In this document: piece after piece, positions 9,061-18,568 of the stretch | Layout: every line of letters begins with the position of its first letter | How positions within the stretch are numbered: position 1 is the first letter of the stretch | Assembly (NCBI GenBank): GCA_002390705.1 | Contig: DGQA01000005.1 | Span: 162,791-226,790, forward strand | Direction: 5' to 3' | DNA from: Actinobacteria bacterium UBA4426 | Lineage (GTDB): Bacteria; Actinomycetota; Actinomycetes; S36-B12 | DNA length: 64,000 nucleotides | Made by a program: the position numbers and the translations under genes | The notes under the pieces: model-generated | The model's database searches: none | What the model was told of the DNA's origin: nothing | What the model saw: only the letters and a program-made list of their open reading frames with translations

Positions 9061-10276
9061 CGTTAGCCAGGTCTTGTCTCTTCACCTCAAGGCGAGCAAG
9101 ATCACGTAGATGCACTTCATCAGGGCCATCAGCGAACCGCAGCGCTCGGACCCCGGCATACATCCGTGGCAGCACCGTGTCGGGACCAATTCCCGCACCA
9201 CCAAATGTTTGCATTGCCCGGTCAATAACTTGAAGTGCAGCGCGAGGGGCCACCACTTTAATCGCAGCAATTTCAGTCCGGGCATTTTTTGCCCCAGATT
9301 TTTCAATTACCCACGCAGCTTTAAGCGTCAAAAGTCTTGCCTGATCAATTGCAATGCGTGACTCGGCGATCCACTCTTGAATTACACCCTGGTTAATCAG
9401 TGGCCCACCAAAAACTTCACGTTTTTCCGCACGTTCTACCATCATGGCCAAGGCTCGCTCAGCAATTCCGAGCGTACGCATGCAATGGTGAATCCGGCCA
9501 GGGCCGAGGCGCGCCTGGGCAATTGCGAAACCGCCCCCTTCTTCACCGAGTAAATTCGTTGCCGGAACTCGAACATTGTCGAAAGCAACTTCACCGTGCC
9601 CATGTTGATCGTGATAACCGAAGACACTGAGATCGCGCACAATTGTTACACCAGGGGATTTAACGGGGACCAAAACCATGGACTGCTGCTGGTGACGTGG
9701 GGCACCCGGGTCGGTTTTTCCCATAACGATCATTATTTGGCAACGCGGATCCATAATTCCCGATGACCACCACTTGCGACCGTTGATTACGTAGTCACTT
9801 CCATCCCGCTCAATTGACAGCTGGATGTTGGTCGCATCAGATGAACCCACGTCTGGCTCTGTCATAGCGAAAGAGGACCGAATTTTTCCTTGGGTTAACG
9901 GTTCCAACCAGGTGCGTTTTTGCTCCGGAGTACCGAACATTGAAAGGATCTCCATATTACCGGTATCCGGCGCAGCACAGTTCATGCTTTCCGGAGCAAT
10001 GTCAATCGACCAACCCATGCTTTCTGCCAGATAGGCGTAGTCGACGGCCCCCAACCCCTCTGACAGTTCAGGAAGGAAAAGATTCCACAGACCCAAGGCC
10101 TGCGCTTTAACCTTTAACTCCTCGACTACGGGTGGGACCGTGTGCAACTGCCCAGATGCGATGAGTTCGGCCCGCTGATTCCAATACATTTCTTCGCCCG
10201 GGAAGACCTCGTTGTGCATAAACGCATTTACTTGATCCAGGAGTTTGCTACCGCGTTCACTCAGTCCTAGATACAT
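9044..10276 (-). CDS. acyl-CoA dehydrogenase family protein, FadE2/ACAD10-11-like
   Basis: 410 aa with the ACAD domain pattern. The C-terminal LRFADGPDEVHLRDLAR has Asp where classic ACADs carry the YEG Glu. Confidence 0.85.
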   Translation of the reverse strand: MYLGLSERGSKLLDQVNAFMHNEVFPGEEMYWNQRAELIASGQLHTVPPVVEELKVKAQALGLWNLFLPELSEGLGAVDYAYLAESMGWSIDIAPESMNCAAPDTGNMEILSMFGTPEQKRTWLEPLTQGKIRSSFAMTEPDVGSSDATNIQLSIERDGSDYVINGRKWWSSGIMDPRCQIMIVMGKTDPGAPRHQQQSMVLVPVKSPGVTIVRDLSVFGYHDQHGHGEVAFDNVRVPATNLLGEEGGGFAIAQARLGPGRIHHCMRTLGIAERALAMMVERAEKREVFGGPLINQGVIQEWIAESRIAIDQARLLTLKAAWVIEKSGAKNARTEIAAIKVVAPRAALQVIDRAMQTFGGAGIGPDTVLPRMYAGVRALRFADGPDEVHLRDLARLEVKRQDLANGALGG

Positions 10277-10283
10277 AGGCTCA

Positions 10284-10544
10284 TCATGTCGTATTTAGCC
10301 GATCCTTAGCCACCAGAACGACATAATCTTGGGATCTCAGCGCCATGACGAGGGCAATAATCCAACCGATGATGGTCCAGCCAGCCAGTAGGTTAACCCA
10401 AAACACTCCCCAATGTTTGACATCACGAAATGTGGCAATTGCCCAAGGCAGCATGTAGAGGCTCGATGCGATGGCGACAATCAGAGCTACGATCTTGGTT
10501 ACTGTCCAGGATTTACCGGCTGGCTCAATCGAATAAGTATTCAT
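10284..10544 (-). CDS. small membrane protein, superinfection-immunity (Imm)-like family
   Basis: VNLLAGWTIIGWIIALVMAL motif and two TM segments. The start was moved to the ATG at 10544, which is preceded by AAGGAG. Confidence 0.55.
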   Translation of the reverse strand: MNTYSIEPAGKSWTVTKIVALIVAIASSLYMLPWAIATFRDVKHWGVFWVNLLAGWTIIGWIIALVMALRSQDYVVLVAKDRLNTT

Positions 10545-10594
10545 AGGCTCCTTTTCTCTGATCAAAATCTATCACCAACCATTAGAATTCAGGA

Positions 10595-11392
10595 ATGCCC
10601 GAGATAACAGAAACCCCGATCACTGTCCTAGAACGGGGGCATATTCTCCTCATTGGTCTTAATCGCCCGGATAAGTACAACGCTATGAATCTGGTTGCAA
10701 TTGAGCAACTAGCCCAGGCGTATCAGCGCCTCGAGGACACTCCCCATCTGCGCGTTGGGGTTGTTCATGCCCACGGCGACCATTTCAGCGCCGGACTAGA
10801 CCTTGCCGAAGTGGGGCCGGAAGTAGCCACACGTGGTCCCGGAGCTCTCTCAGGAACCACCAACATTGACCCCTATGGACTTTGGGCTCAGAAAGTGAGT
10901 AAACCAATTGTCATGGCCCTCCACGGAATTGCATTCACTTTGAGTATCGAACTCGCGCTCGCCAGCGACATTGTGATTGCCGCAGAAAACGTGCGTTTTC
11001 GGCAACTTGAAATTGCCCGTGGGATCATGGCATTTGGTGGAGCCACGATCCGGGCCACTGAACAATTAGGTTGGGGTAACGCCATGAAATTTTTGCTCAC
11101 AGGTGAAGAATTCGGAGCCGATGAAGCCTTACGAATCGGGCTGATTCAGGAAATTACCCCGGTGGGTCAGGACACAGAGCGCGCCATTGAATTAGCTGAA
11201 GTCATCGCCGCACAAGCACCCCTCGGTGTGTATGCCACGCTCGCAAATGCCAGAGTTTCACGTGAACAGGGCGAGGAAGCGGCAATAGAACACCTGCGCA
11301 AAACCCTTCCTGGAATTTTGGCCAGCAAGGATGCCGCTGAAGGGATCCAAAGTTTCCTAGAAAGGCGTGACGGAAATTTCAGCGGTGAGTGA
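10595..11392 (+). CDS. enoyl-CoA hydratase/crotonase family protein
   Basis: 265 aa. Crotonase pattern present (HFSAGLDL, MALHGIAFTLSIELALASD). Confidence 0.8.
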   Translation: MPEITETPITVLERGHILLIGLNRPDKYNAMNLVAIEQLAQAYQRLEDTPHLRVGVVHAHGDHFSAGLDLAEVGPEVATRGPGALSGTTNIDPYGLWAQKVSKPIVMALHGIAFTLSIELALASDIVIAAENVRFRQLEIARGIMAFGGATIRATEQLGWGNAMKFLLTGEEFGADEALRIGLIQEITPVGQDTERAIELAEVIAAQAPLGVYATLANARVSREQGEEAAIEHLRKTLPGILASKDAAEGIQSFLERRDGNFSGE

Positions 11393-11420
11393 CTTCACTA
11401 CACGAAGTCTCTCCCGGCTC

Positions 11421-12473
11421 CTACTTCGCGAAAGCCTCAATCGTCAATGTCTTTGCACTGACCCAAATGGGTGTTCCCACGCTGAGCTGTAAATCTGCCA
11501 ATGCCAAGTGAGTGATTGTGGCAATGACAGGCGGGGAAGCATCAATACTGACCCGGATTCGGTCGTGCATTGGCGTGAGTGCGCGAACACTTCCTTGCCA
11601 CACGTTCCGGGCGCTGCCTTCGGGCCTCAACAAGTGAAGGGTGACGGCTTCGGGCCTGAGAACGGCAAGGGCTTCTCCACGCAGATCCACCTGTGGCACG
11701 CTCAGTACGCCCCCGCCTTCCACTTGCAATACGCCCTGGTTCGCTACCCCACGAATCAGATTCACACCCATCAAAGTAGCTACATAATCAGTTTCGGGCC
11801 TCGCCGCCAGTTCACTGGGAGTTCCTTCCTGGGTAATGGACCCGTCTTCTAAAACAACAACCCGGTCGGCCAGCAACATCGCATCGAGTGGATCGTGCGT
11901 GACGAAAATTACGCATCCATCAAATCCGTCAATTTGCTTTTCCAGTTCGGTTCGCACGCTTTCCTTTGTTTGGGCATCGAGTGCTGCAAGTGGTTCATCA
12001 AGCAATAGAACACTGGGTTCGATAGCCAATGCTCGAGCCAAAGCCACCCGCTGGGCTTGACCACCCGAAATTTGATTTGGCTTTCGATGCCCCAATTCAG
12101 TGATCCCCAAAGACTCCAACTGCGATTGTGCTCGCACTTGGGAGACCTTCTTCGATGAGCCTAAAGACCGAGGGCCAAAAGCAATATTTTCCATCACACT
12201 GAGGTGGGGAAAAAGTGCGTAGTCTTGAAAAACCACACCCACGGATCGCCCTTGTGGCGCAACATGAACTGATGGAGTTTTGTTGACGACTTGGTTACCA
12301 AAGACAATTGCTCCCGAGTCAATACCTTGTAACCCGGCGAGAACACGAAGTAGCGTCGACTTACCGGATCCATTCGGTCCAAGAACGGCGGTAACAGTCC
12401 CTGCCGAAAAGATCGTGTCAATACTAAGTCTGAAGCTATTCCGGATAGCAGAAAAGTTTGCAGTGATTTTCAT
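11421..12473 (-). CDS. modC: molybdate ABC transporter ATP-binding protein
   Basis: Walker A GPNGSGKST, the signature ISGGQAQR, and a C-terminal TOBE-like tail. It is the last gene of the modABC arrangement. Confidence 0.8.
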   Translation of the reverse strand: MKITANFSAIRNSFRLSIDTIFSAGTVTAVLGPNGSGKSTLLRVLAGLQGIDSGAIVFGNQVVNKTPSVHVAPQGRSVGVVFQDYALFPHLSVMENIAFGPRSLGSSKKVSQVRAQSQLESLGITELGHRKPNQISGGQAQRVALARALAIEPSVLLLDEPLAALDAQTKESVRTELEKQIDGFDGCVIFVTHDPLDAMLLADRVVVLEDGSITQEGTPSELAARPETDYVATLMGVNLIRGVANQGVLQVEGGGVLSVPQVDLRGEALAVLRPEAVTLHLLRPEGSARNVWQGSVRALTPMHDRIRVSIDASPPVIATITHLALADLQLSVGTPIWVSAKTLTIEAFAK

Positions 12474-13261
12474 GAGGCCCTCGTCTGTAGATACTTACCT
12501 CGCAGGGCTACCAGTACACCAACGCTGACAACAAGTAGCACCATGGAGAGCGCGATGGCTACTGAGCGATCAGACTCAAGTGCGGTGTACACGGCCAGTG
12601 GCATAGTTTGAGTAACACCGGGAAAATTTCCCGCAAATGTAATTGTGGCGCCAAATTCACCCAGAGCCCGAGCCCAGCACAGAACGAGTCCGGCAATTGC
12701 GGCAGGCGCAACCATGGGCATGGTAATTCGCAAGAAAACTCGCCGCGAGCCGGCGCCCAATGTTGCTGCGGCATCCTCATAGCGTTGGTGTAACGAGCGG
12801 AAACCACCTTCCATCGTGATTACCAAAAAAGGCATCGCCACGAAAGTCGTCGCAATTACAACTCCCACAGTCGTAAATGGAAAGGTAATTCCAAGGGTGT
12901 CATAAAGGAACGCGCCAACCAGTCCACGACGGCCAAGCGCTTCCAGCAGTGCAACACCGGAGACAACGGGGGGCAACAACAGGGGAACAATCACCAAAGC
13001 CCGCAACAACCCAGTAAATGGCAGAATTTCGCGAGCCAACAACCAAGCCATCGGTATCCCGAAAAGTGCAGCAAATGCGGTCGCGACCAGTGAAGTTACG
13101 AGTGAAAGCCTCAATGCTTCCAGAGCCTCCGGAGATGAAATAATTTTAGGAAATGCTTCCCATGGAGTCTGGACAATCAACGCAATGAGTGGAATTACCA
13201 AGAACAGTAATGCGACTAAACCGGGCATCAAAAGAAACAGGGGTGCGCGTTGATTCCTCAC
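12470..13261 (-). CDS. modB: molybdate ABC transporter permease
   Basis: ModB-type string TITFAGNFPGVTQTMPLAVY. A 4-nt overlap with modC. Confidence 0.85.
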   Translation of the reverse strand: MRNQRAPLFLLMPGLVALLFLVIPLIALIVQTPWEAFPKIISSPEALEALRLSLVTSLVATAFAALFGIPMAWLLAREILPFTGLLRALVIVPLLLPPVVSGVALLEALGRRGLVGAFLYDTLGITFPFTTVGVVIATTFVAMPFLVITMEGGFRSLHQRYEDAAATLGAGSRRVFLRITMPMVAPAAIAGLVLCWARALGEFGATITFAGNFPGVTQTMPLAVYTALESDRSVAIALSMVLLVVSVGVLVALRGKYLQTRAS

Positions 13262-13266
13262 TTCAG

Positions 13267-14037
13267 CTACCAGGGCTTAGCGAAACCAAATGCACGCATG
13301 ATTCCTTGCGAGGTGGTGCTAAAGCGAACAAAATTAACGAATCTTTGCGCCAACTGTTGTTCTCTGGTGTCAGCGACCATAGAAATATGGTAGGTCGCTA
13401 CGACATTATCGCGAAATGGAATCTGCACGAACTCAACCCTGTTCTCGGCTGACTTGACGTCGGTGACATACACAATCCCAGCGTCAAGGTCACCGGAAAT
13501 AACTTTAGCCAGAACGGATCGGACATCTAGTTCACGCGTGACAGCAGTAACGTCGAGTGTATTTTTGGTGAATAGTTCCACTGCCGCGCTCCCACACGGG
13601 ACTGCTGTGTCACACACCCCAAGAAGCAATCCGTCCCGTTGTAAATCGGATATCTTTGAGATATTGGCTGGATTTCCTAAGGGCACAGCGATAGTCAAAA
13701 AATTCTTGGTAAAGCGAAGTGGTCGCGCAACCAATTCTGAATCAATGCCAATTTGAATTGTCGACTTCGACGCGGTGGCGATCACGTCAACCGGGGCACC
13801 AGCAATTACTTGATTCATGAGTGTCGAGCTACCCGCAAAGTTGAGCTTTATTTCGGTATCGGGGTACCGTTTCTCAAAAGCGTCGGCTATCACCGGGAAA
13901 ACATCAGTCAGTGACGCCGCCGCTGAAACCGTCAGAGTTCCACTTGGTTTTGGAGCCGCCCCAGATGCACTAGGGAAGAATGCACCTAACCCAACTACAA
14001 AAGCAATTGCCACAAATCCGTGCAACATTTTGGTCAT
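13267..14037 (-). CDS. modA: molybdate ABC transporter substrate-binding protein
   Basis: Signal peptide present. ModA pattern LTVSAAASLTDVF...NFAGSSTL...PVDVIATA. Confidence 0.85.
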   Translation of the reverse strand: MTKMLHGFVAIAFVVGLGAFFPSASGAAPKPSGTLTVSAAASLTDVFPVIADAFEKRYPDTEIKLNFAGSSTLMNQVIAGAPVDVIATASKSTIQIGIDSELVARPLRFTKNFLTIAVPLGNPANISKISDLQRDGLLLGVCDTAVPCGSAAVELFTKNTLDVTAVTRELDVRSVLAKVISGDLDAGIVYVTDVKSAENRVEFVQIPFRDNVVATYHISMVADTREQQLAQRFVNFVRFSTTSQGIMRAFGFAKPW

Positions 14038-14429
14038 GAATTCTGCTCCAACTCGATAACCACATTGGTTGATTTAACAACCCCCGTAGCGCGTACCCCC
14101 GGTGCCAATCCGAGTTCATCCGCGGACTCACGACTTAATAATGACGTGACCCGATGCGGGCCAGCTTGGATTTCAATCAACGCCATCACGCCATCTTTTT
14201 CAACCCGAGTAACGATTCCAGGGAACCTATTTCGAGCTGAGGCGTGCACGACTGTCTCTTCCAGTCTCGATGCGGCCGACATGTAGAGGGCGAGGCTTTC
14301 TGCGCTTACGGTTCTAGGGCCATTACCCCGCGTGCCTGAACTCAGTTTGCCAATTTCAATCCACCGACGGACCGTGTCGTCCGAGACCCCGAGCATAGAG
14401 GCGGCATCAGAGATCCGTATTTCAGCCAT
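14034..14429 (-). CDS. MerR/excisionase-type HTH + TOBE (molybdate-binding) regulator
   Basis: The N-terminal HTH is ISDAASMLGVSDDTVRRWIE and the C-terminal half is TOBE-like. The ATG at 14429 was preferred over the TTG at 14498. A 4-nt overlap with modA. Confidence 0.7.
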   Translation of the reverse strand: MAEIRISDAASMLGVSDDTVRRWIEIGKLSSGTRGNGPRTVSAESLALYMSAASRLEETVVHASARNRFPGIVTRVEKDGVMALIEIQAGPHRVTSLLSRESADELGLAPGVRATGVVKSTNVVIELEQNS

Positions 14430-14455
14430 AATGGAGTTAATGTAGCAGTATGTGA

Positions 14456-14465
14456 GCATTAATGC
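14456..14465. promoter_or_regulatory. 10-bp palindrome gcattaatgc upstream of the mod regulator/modABC operon (possible operator)
   Basis: Perfect palindrome read in the sequence, about 27 nt upstream of the ATG at 14429. Function is inferred only. Confidence 0.2.
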
Positions 14466-14535
14466 ACGTTTTTTCTCAGATTTTGCGGTTTTCTGCAACG
14501 TTTTCGCTGAAGGTAGCTGAGGTGAAAGTGATCAA

Positions 14536-14835
14536 ATGAATTACTGCGATCCGCAGGTCACTGTTGAGCAAACAAACCTTCGGCGCAGGCACTACAACTT
14601 CCCGCCTGCCACGACAAAGTCAATTTCGGTGGATCGGATCGAGTCAATTCAGGTGGGGTCGCTCACTTTTCGTACCGCAAATAGGCGTGCCTGCGGTTCC
14701 ACCACCGTAAAATCTTGGATGCCCCTTGACGATGCTCACCAAATAGCAACCAGGATCACTCGGGCTAATCCGAATGAATTCATTGCAGGCCTCAAAGCGC
14801 CTACCCCAAAAGCTAAGGTCTCACAGCGGAAATAA
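14536..14835 (+). CDS. hypothetical protein (weak call)
   Basis: 99-aa ORF with no recognisable motif. It is the only ORF in this gap. Confidence 0.25.
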   Translation: MNYCDPQVTVEQTNLRRRHYNFPPATTKSISVDRIESIQVGSLTFRTANRRACGSTTVKSWMPLDDAHQIATRITRANPNEFIAGLKAPTPKAKVSQRK

Positions 14836-14839
14836 GTAC

Positions 14840-14864
14840 GGCCCCCAGCGTAACGCCGGGGGCC
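14840..14864. terminator. GC-rich hairpin between convergent genes (probable cspA terminator)
   Basis: ggccccc (14840-14846) pairs with gggggcc (14858-14864), with an inner gcg/cgc pairing. The minus-strand continuation is U-rich (CGUACUUAUUU). Confidence 0.5.
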
Positions 14865-14882
14865 ACCTTAAGAAGTCTGTAA

Positions 14883-15086
14883 TTAGACGATGCGAACCTT
14901 GTCAGCCTGAGGTCCCTTAGGGCCCTGGGTGATGTCGAATTCGACAGCTTGATTTTCATCTAGTGAACGGTATCCACTTGAATCAATTGCTGAGTAGTGA
15001 ACGAACACGTCCGGTCCGCCATCAGCTTGCTCGATGAAACCGAAACCTTTTTCCGAGTTGAACCATTTTACTGTACCTGTTGCCAT
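14883..15086 (-). CDS. cspA: cold-shock protein (CspA family)
   Basis: The 67-aa sequence [34 protein letters not shown]... carries the RNP1/RNP2 motifs. The 152-aa ORF-track version is an upstream over-extension. Confidence 0.92.
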   Translation of the reverse strand: MATGTVKWFNSEKGFGFIEQADGGPDVFVHYSAIDSSGYRSLDENQAVEFDITQGPKGPQADKVRIV

Positions 15087-15400
15087 GTTGCTATTTCTCC
15101 CTAACGTAAAACACGAGGGGCAACGTGCCCTTCGTACAGTGGGCTTAACCGGTGAGAAAACCGATCTCCACCACTGGTGTAAATGTCCTCTCCCCCCTCG
15201 CGCGCTTGTGCACCGCCCCCCAACAAGGGTCCTCCTCCCCCCATACCGGCTCGGATTTGCCATACCGATGCGCATGTGAACCTTTTGTGCATGGGTACCT
15301 TTGATATCACTTGCCCACTCGCCGATATTCAGCGAGCACAAACTCCATTAACTGTCTTTTTGTCCGTTCAGAATCTCTGCGTCAATCAAGTTTTGCAGGT

Positions 15401-15435
15401 GTTGGTTCACAGTGGGTTGGTTCACAGTGGGTTGG
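15401..15435. repeat. 15-nt tandem direct repeat gttggttcacagtgg x2.3, followed by a small hairpin
   Basis: Copies at 15401-15415 and 15416-15430, with a partial copy at 15431-15435. The hairpin gttggc-ttgc-gccaac follows at 15431-15446. The repeat lies in the cspA/ACR3 divergent intergenic region. Confidence 0.8.
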
Positions 15436-15600
15436 CTTGCGCCAACCCCTTCGGTGCGGGCACCGCGACACTGCGCGCACTATCCGCTCGCACAGGACTT
15501 TTACTGATTGCGTTGTTCACAACCTGTTCATCATAAGTTTTTTCAATTTGACCACAACCACATTGACGCACATCTATCTCGCGTGTCAGAGTGCTTCTCG

Positions 15601-16680
15601 ATGAACATCAACTTGCATGAAAATAGGTCCGAGCAAGAAGCATTTGGCAAAATCACCACATTAGACCGCTATCTGCCATTGTGGATTGCAATCGCCATGG
15701 CGCTTGGCTTGATCCTCGGCCGTACGATCCCAGGTTTGCAAAACACCCTTGACTCCGTCAAAATTGATGGCACCAGCTTGTTAATCGCTATTGGGCTCTT
15801 CGCCATGATGTATCCAGTACTGGCCAGAGTCAAATACGAAGAAATGGGTCACCTCACCGGTGATCGCAAGATGCTATGGCTTTCACTCGTTCTTAATTGG
15901 GTAGTTGGTCCGCTATTCATGTTTGCACTGGCGTGGATTTTCCTTGCCGACCAGCCAGCGTTTCGAACCGGGTTGATTGTCATTGGTTTAGCCAGATGTA
16001 TCGCTATGGTGCTGATGTGGAATGACTTAGCCTGTGGGGACCGCGAGGCCGGAGCCCTGCTCGTAGCCATCAACTCAATTTTTCAAATTCTTGCCTATGC
16101 ACTTCTGGGTACGTTTTATCTAGCGATTCTCCCCGGCTGGCTTGGGCTAGACACCCAAGACATCGCCTTTTCCACGTGGGAGATTACCAAAGCTGTCCTG
16201 ATTTTCCTCGGGATTCCACTCGCCCTGGGAATCTTCACCCGACAGGTGGGAGTGGCCCGAAAGGGTCGCGACTGGTACGACAACAAGTTCGCACCACGAA
16301 TTGCACCGATCGCGCTTTGCGGGCTCCTATTCACCATTATTGTGCTCTTCGCGCTGCAAGGAGAAGCAATTACTTCAGACCCCTTGAGCGTCGTACTCAT
16401 TGCCATTCCGTTGATCATTTATTTCGCTATTATGTGGTTTACCGCAATGGGCGCTGCGCATGTAATCGGCTTGCCGTACGCGCGCTCTGCGACTGTGGCG
16501 TTCACGTCAGCAGGGAATAATTTTGAGCTCGCAATTGCAGTCAGTATAGGCGTGTGGGGAGTTAACTCTGGGCAAGCGTTGACCGGAGTTATTGGCCCAC
16601 TCATTGAAGTGCCAGCCCTAGTTGCACTTGTGTACGTCTCACTTTGGCTGCGCAACAAATGGACCTGGAGTAACAGATAA
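15601..16680 (+). CDS. acr3: arsenite efflux transporter, ACR3 family
   Basis: LDRYLPLWIAIAMALGLILGR and a roughly 10-TM ACR3 pattern. The ATG at 15601 was preferred over the ORF-track start at 15508. Confidence 0.88.
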   Translation: MNINLHENRSEQEAFGKITTLDRYLPLWIAIAMALGLILGRTIPGLQNTLDSVKIDGTSLLIAIGLFAMMYPVLARVKYEEMGHLTGDRKMLWLSLVLNWVVGPLFMFALAWIFLADQPAFRTGLIVIGLARCIAMVLMWNDLACGDREAGALLVAINSIFQILAYALLGTFYLAILPGWLGLDTQDIAFSTWEITKAVLIFLGIPLALGIFTRQVGVARKGRDWYDNKFAPRIAPIALCGLLFTIIVLFALQGEAITSDPLSVVLIAIPLIIYFAIMWFTAMGAAHVIGLPYARSATVAFTSAGNNFELAIAVSIGVWGVNSGQALTGVIGPLIEVPALVALVYVSLWLRNKWTWSNR

Positions 16681-17084
16681 TGACAAGCAAATCGACCGTA
16701 CTATTTGTGTGCGTTCATAATGCTGGGCGTTCGCAAATGGCCGCCGGATACCTCACACATCTCGCCGGTAACCGCATCGAAATCCTTTCGGCCGGATCAA
16801 CTCCAGCAGATTCAATCAACCCGATGGCAATCCAAGTCATGTGGGAAGAGGGTATTGATATCAGCGGTGAGCAACCCAAAATTCTGACAGACGATACAGT
16901 TCAGTCAGCAGATGTCGTGATCACAATGGGTTGCGGGGATACCTGCAAATATTATCCGGGTAAGCGATACGAGGATTGGGAGCTTGACGACCCAGCTGGT
17001 CAAGGCGTCGAGTCCGTTCGACCGATCCGAGACGCAATTCGAATCAAGGTTGAGAAACTGATTACTGAGCTTGTGGTCGATTAA
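16680..17084 (+). CDS. arsC: arsenate reductase, LMW-PTPase type
   Basis: VLFVCVHNAGRSQMAAGY P-loop. TAATG overlap with acr3. Confidence 0.85.
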   Translation: MTSKSTVLFVCVHNAGRSQMAAGYLTHLAGNRIEILSAGSTPADSINPMAIQVMWEEGIDISGEQPKILTDDTVQSADVVITMGCGDTCKYYPGKRYEDWELDDPAGQGVESVRPIRDAIRIKVEKLITELVVD

Positions 17085-17264
17085 GAACCTAAACACTATC
17101 TCGTCTGTAATCTCCTCAGAACCGAATGCAGTCTCCGGAAACCGCCGGTTCCCGTGCTTGTCACTTAGTTTTACCCGACTTCTTGAGGTTCAAATAACAC
17201 GCGGCCACTGGACGCGCCGTGACAATCAAGTCACACGAGCGCCTCTAGGATGCAGACATCCACT

Positions 17265-17978
17265 TCATTCGTCGCTTGCTAATTCTCTGTCCGCTCTGCC
17301 CGTTAAGTCGACCCGCACCTCCCACAATTCGTCCATGATGGATCGATCGCGTAAATTTCGCACTACTTCAACGGGTGTTCCTTGTGTCCCGCTCACAGTT
17401 CCACCAATCGTACGTTCAATCACTTTCACATGGACACTGCGCCAGATCATTAATTCTTCGTCCAGATCTACGAGCAATTCTGCCAAGGCATACAAAGCCT
17501 CATTCTCTTCAACGCTCAAATAAAGCTCTTCTAAAGTTAGATTTGCTCCAGCTAAAGCACCTCGCACGCTTTCGACCAGATTCTTGAGACTAATTCGCAA
17601 TTTTCGAAAGCCAGGCGAATCAAAACCTGAACCGTGACCCAATGCTGTTCGCACATGTTGATAGTCCCACGGTGTCATTTTCTCCAACATGGGTAATTGC
17701 GAAGTTGTGTAATGAATACAGTCCCTTGCTCGAACGAGGTACCGGCATGCAGCCTGAATCTTCTCCTGAGAAATCTTTATTAAGGCATGATCAATTTCAG
17801 CAACAGCTAACTTAAGCCAAAGTTCCGACGATTGATGAACAACGGTAAAAAGTAATTCGTCACGGTGCTTCCACGTATCAGGCTCGGGTTGCAAAGCCAG
17901 TAATTCGTCAGTGCGAATATAGACTTCATAATCGCTGCCGCCTTCTTCCGCAAACTTGGGCTCACGTAATTCGTTCAT
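17265..17978 (-). CDS. tryptophan 2,3-dioxygenase family protein
   Basis: YEVYIRTDELLALQ...DELLFTVVHQSSELWLKLA resembles the TDO core. The ATG at 17978 was preferred over the start at 18098. Confidence 0.6.
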   Translation of the reverse strand: MNELREPKFAEEGGSDYEVYIRTDELLALQPEPDTWKHRDELLFTVVHQSSELWLKLAVAEIDHALIKISQEKIQAACRYLVRARDCIHYTTSQLPMLEKMTPWDYQHVRTALGHGSGFDSPGFRKLRISLKNLVESVRGALAGANLTLEELYLSVEENEALYALAELLVDLDEELMIWRSVHVKVIERTIGGTVSGTQGTPVEVVRNLRDRSIMDELWEVRVDLTGRADRELASDE

Positions 17979-18223
17979 GGTCTTCGGGTTTCCCTTCACA
18001 CTTGTTTGGCGACAAAAGAATTGATTATTAAGAAATCCCCTGCCGCAAAGTTTGCGAGTCGGAGGACCCCAAAACCATTGAAATTCCGGATGCACCACGA
18101 GCCAACACCAGCCCAGTTACAACACCGTTAATCCCCAATTGTACTCATTCGTTGACACATCCCCCACTTGGATCGTCGGAAGCCTACTTGATGTACGCGC
18201 CATACGCGCCCTATTATCAACAC

Positions 18224-18568
18224 ATGAATTCGCGCAACTCAGACTCTGATCCCAGCCGGCCAATGGAGTTGTACAACCTGCGCGTCGTGGTTGAAACGAT
18301 AAATGGAAGATCTGTTTGCGGAATGGAGCCCGGAGACTGGTTCGAGGTTACAAACAGTGCGGAAGTACGCATTCCTGAGGGAAAACATTTCTGCATGTAC
18401 GCCATTGCATCTGTGTTGCCTTTATTGCCTGCCAAACAAAGGGTGATGCCGGAAAATGACTGGTTGGAAAGCGACAGTCTTGTTGCATGTCCCGATCCGG
18501 AAGAACAACTCATAATGCGCATTGTGCGCACCGAACGTGTTCAACTCAATGCTAATGACCTAACGTGA
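18224..18568 (+). CDS. small Cys-containing protein, TIGR04076-like (start uncertain: 18152, 18224 or 18263)
   Basis: CGMEPGDWFEV...PEGKHFCMYAIASVLPLL pattern recalled from the TIGR04076 family. GTGA overlap with the downstream LLM gene. Confidence 0.4.
   Translation: MNSRNSDSDPSRPMELYNLRVVVETINGRSVCGMEPGDWFEVTNSAEVRIPEGKHFCMYAIASVLPLLPAKQRVMPENDWLESDSLVACPDPEEQLIMRIVRTERVQLNANDLT

Noticed and set aside
14883-15341. 152-aa ORF-track version of the cold-shock gene
   Set aside because: Only the last 67 aa (from the ATG at 15086) resemble Csp proteins. The upstream 85 aa are Arg/Gly-rich read-through of the 5' leader with no protein-like features.
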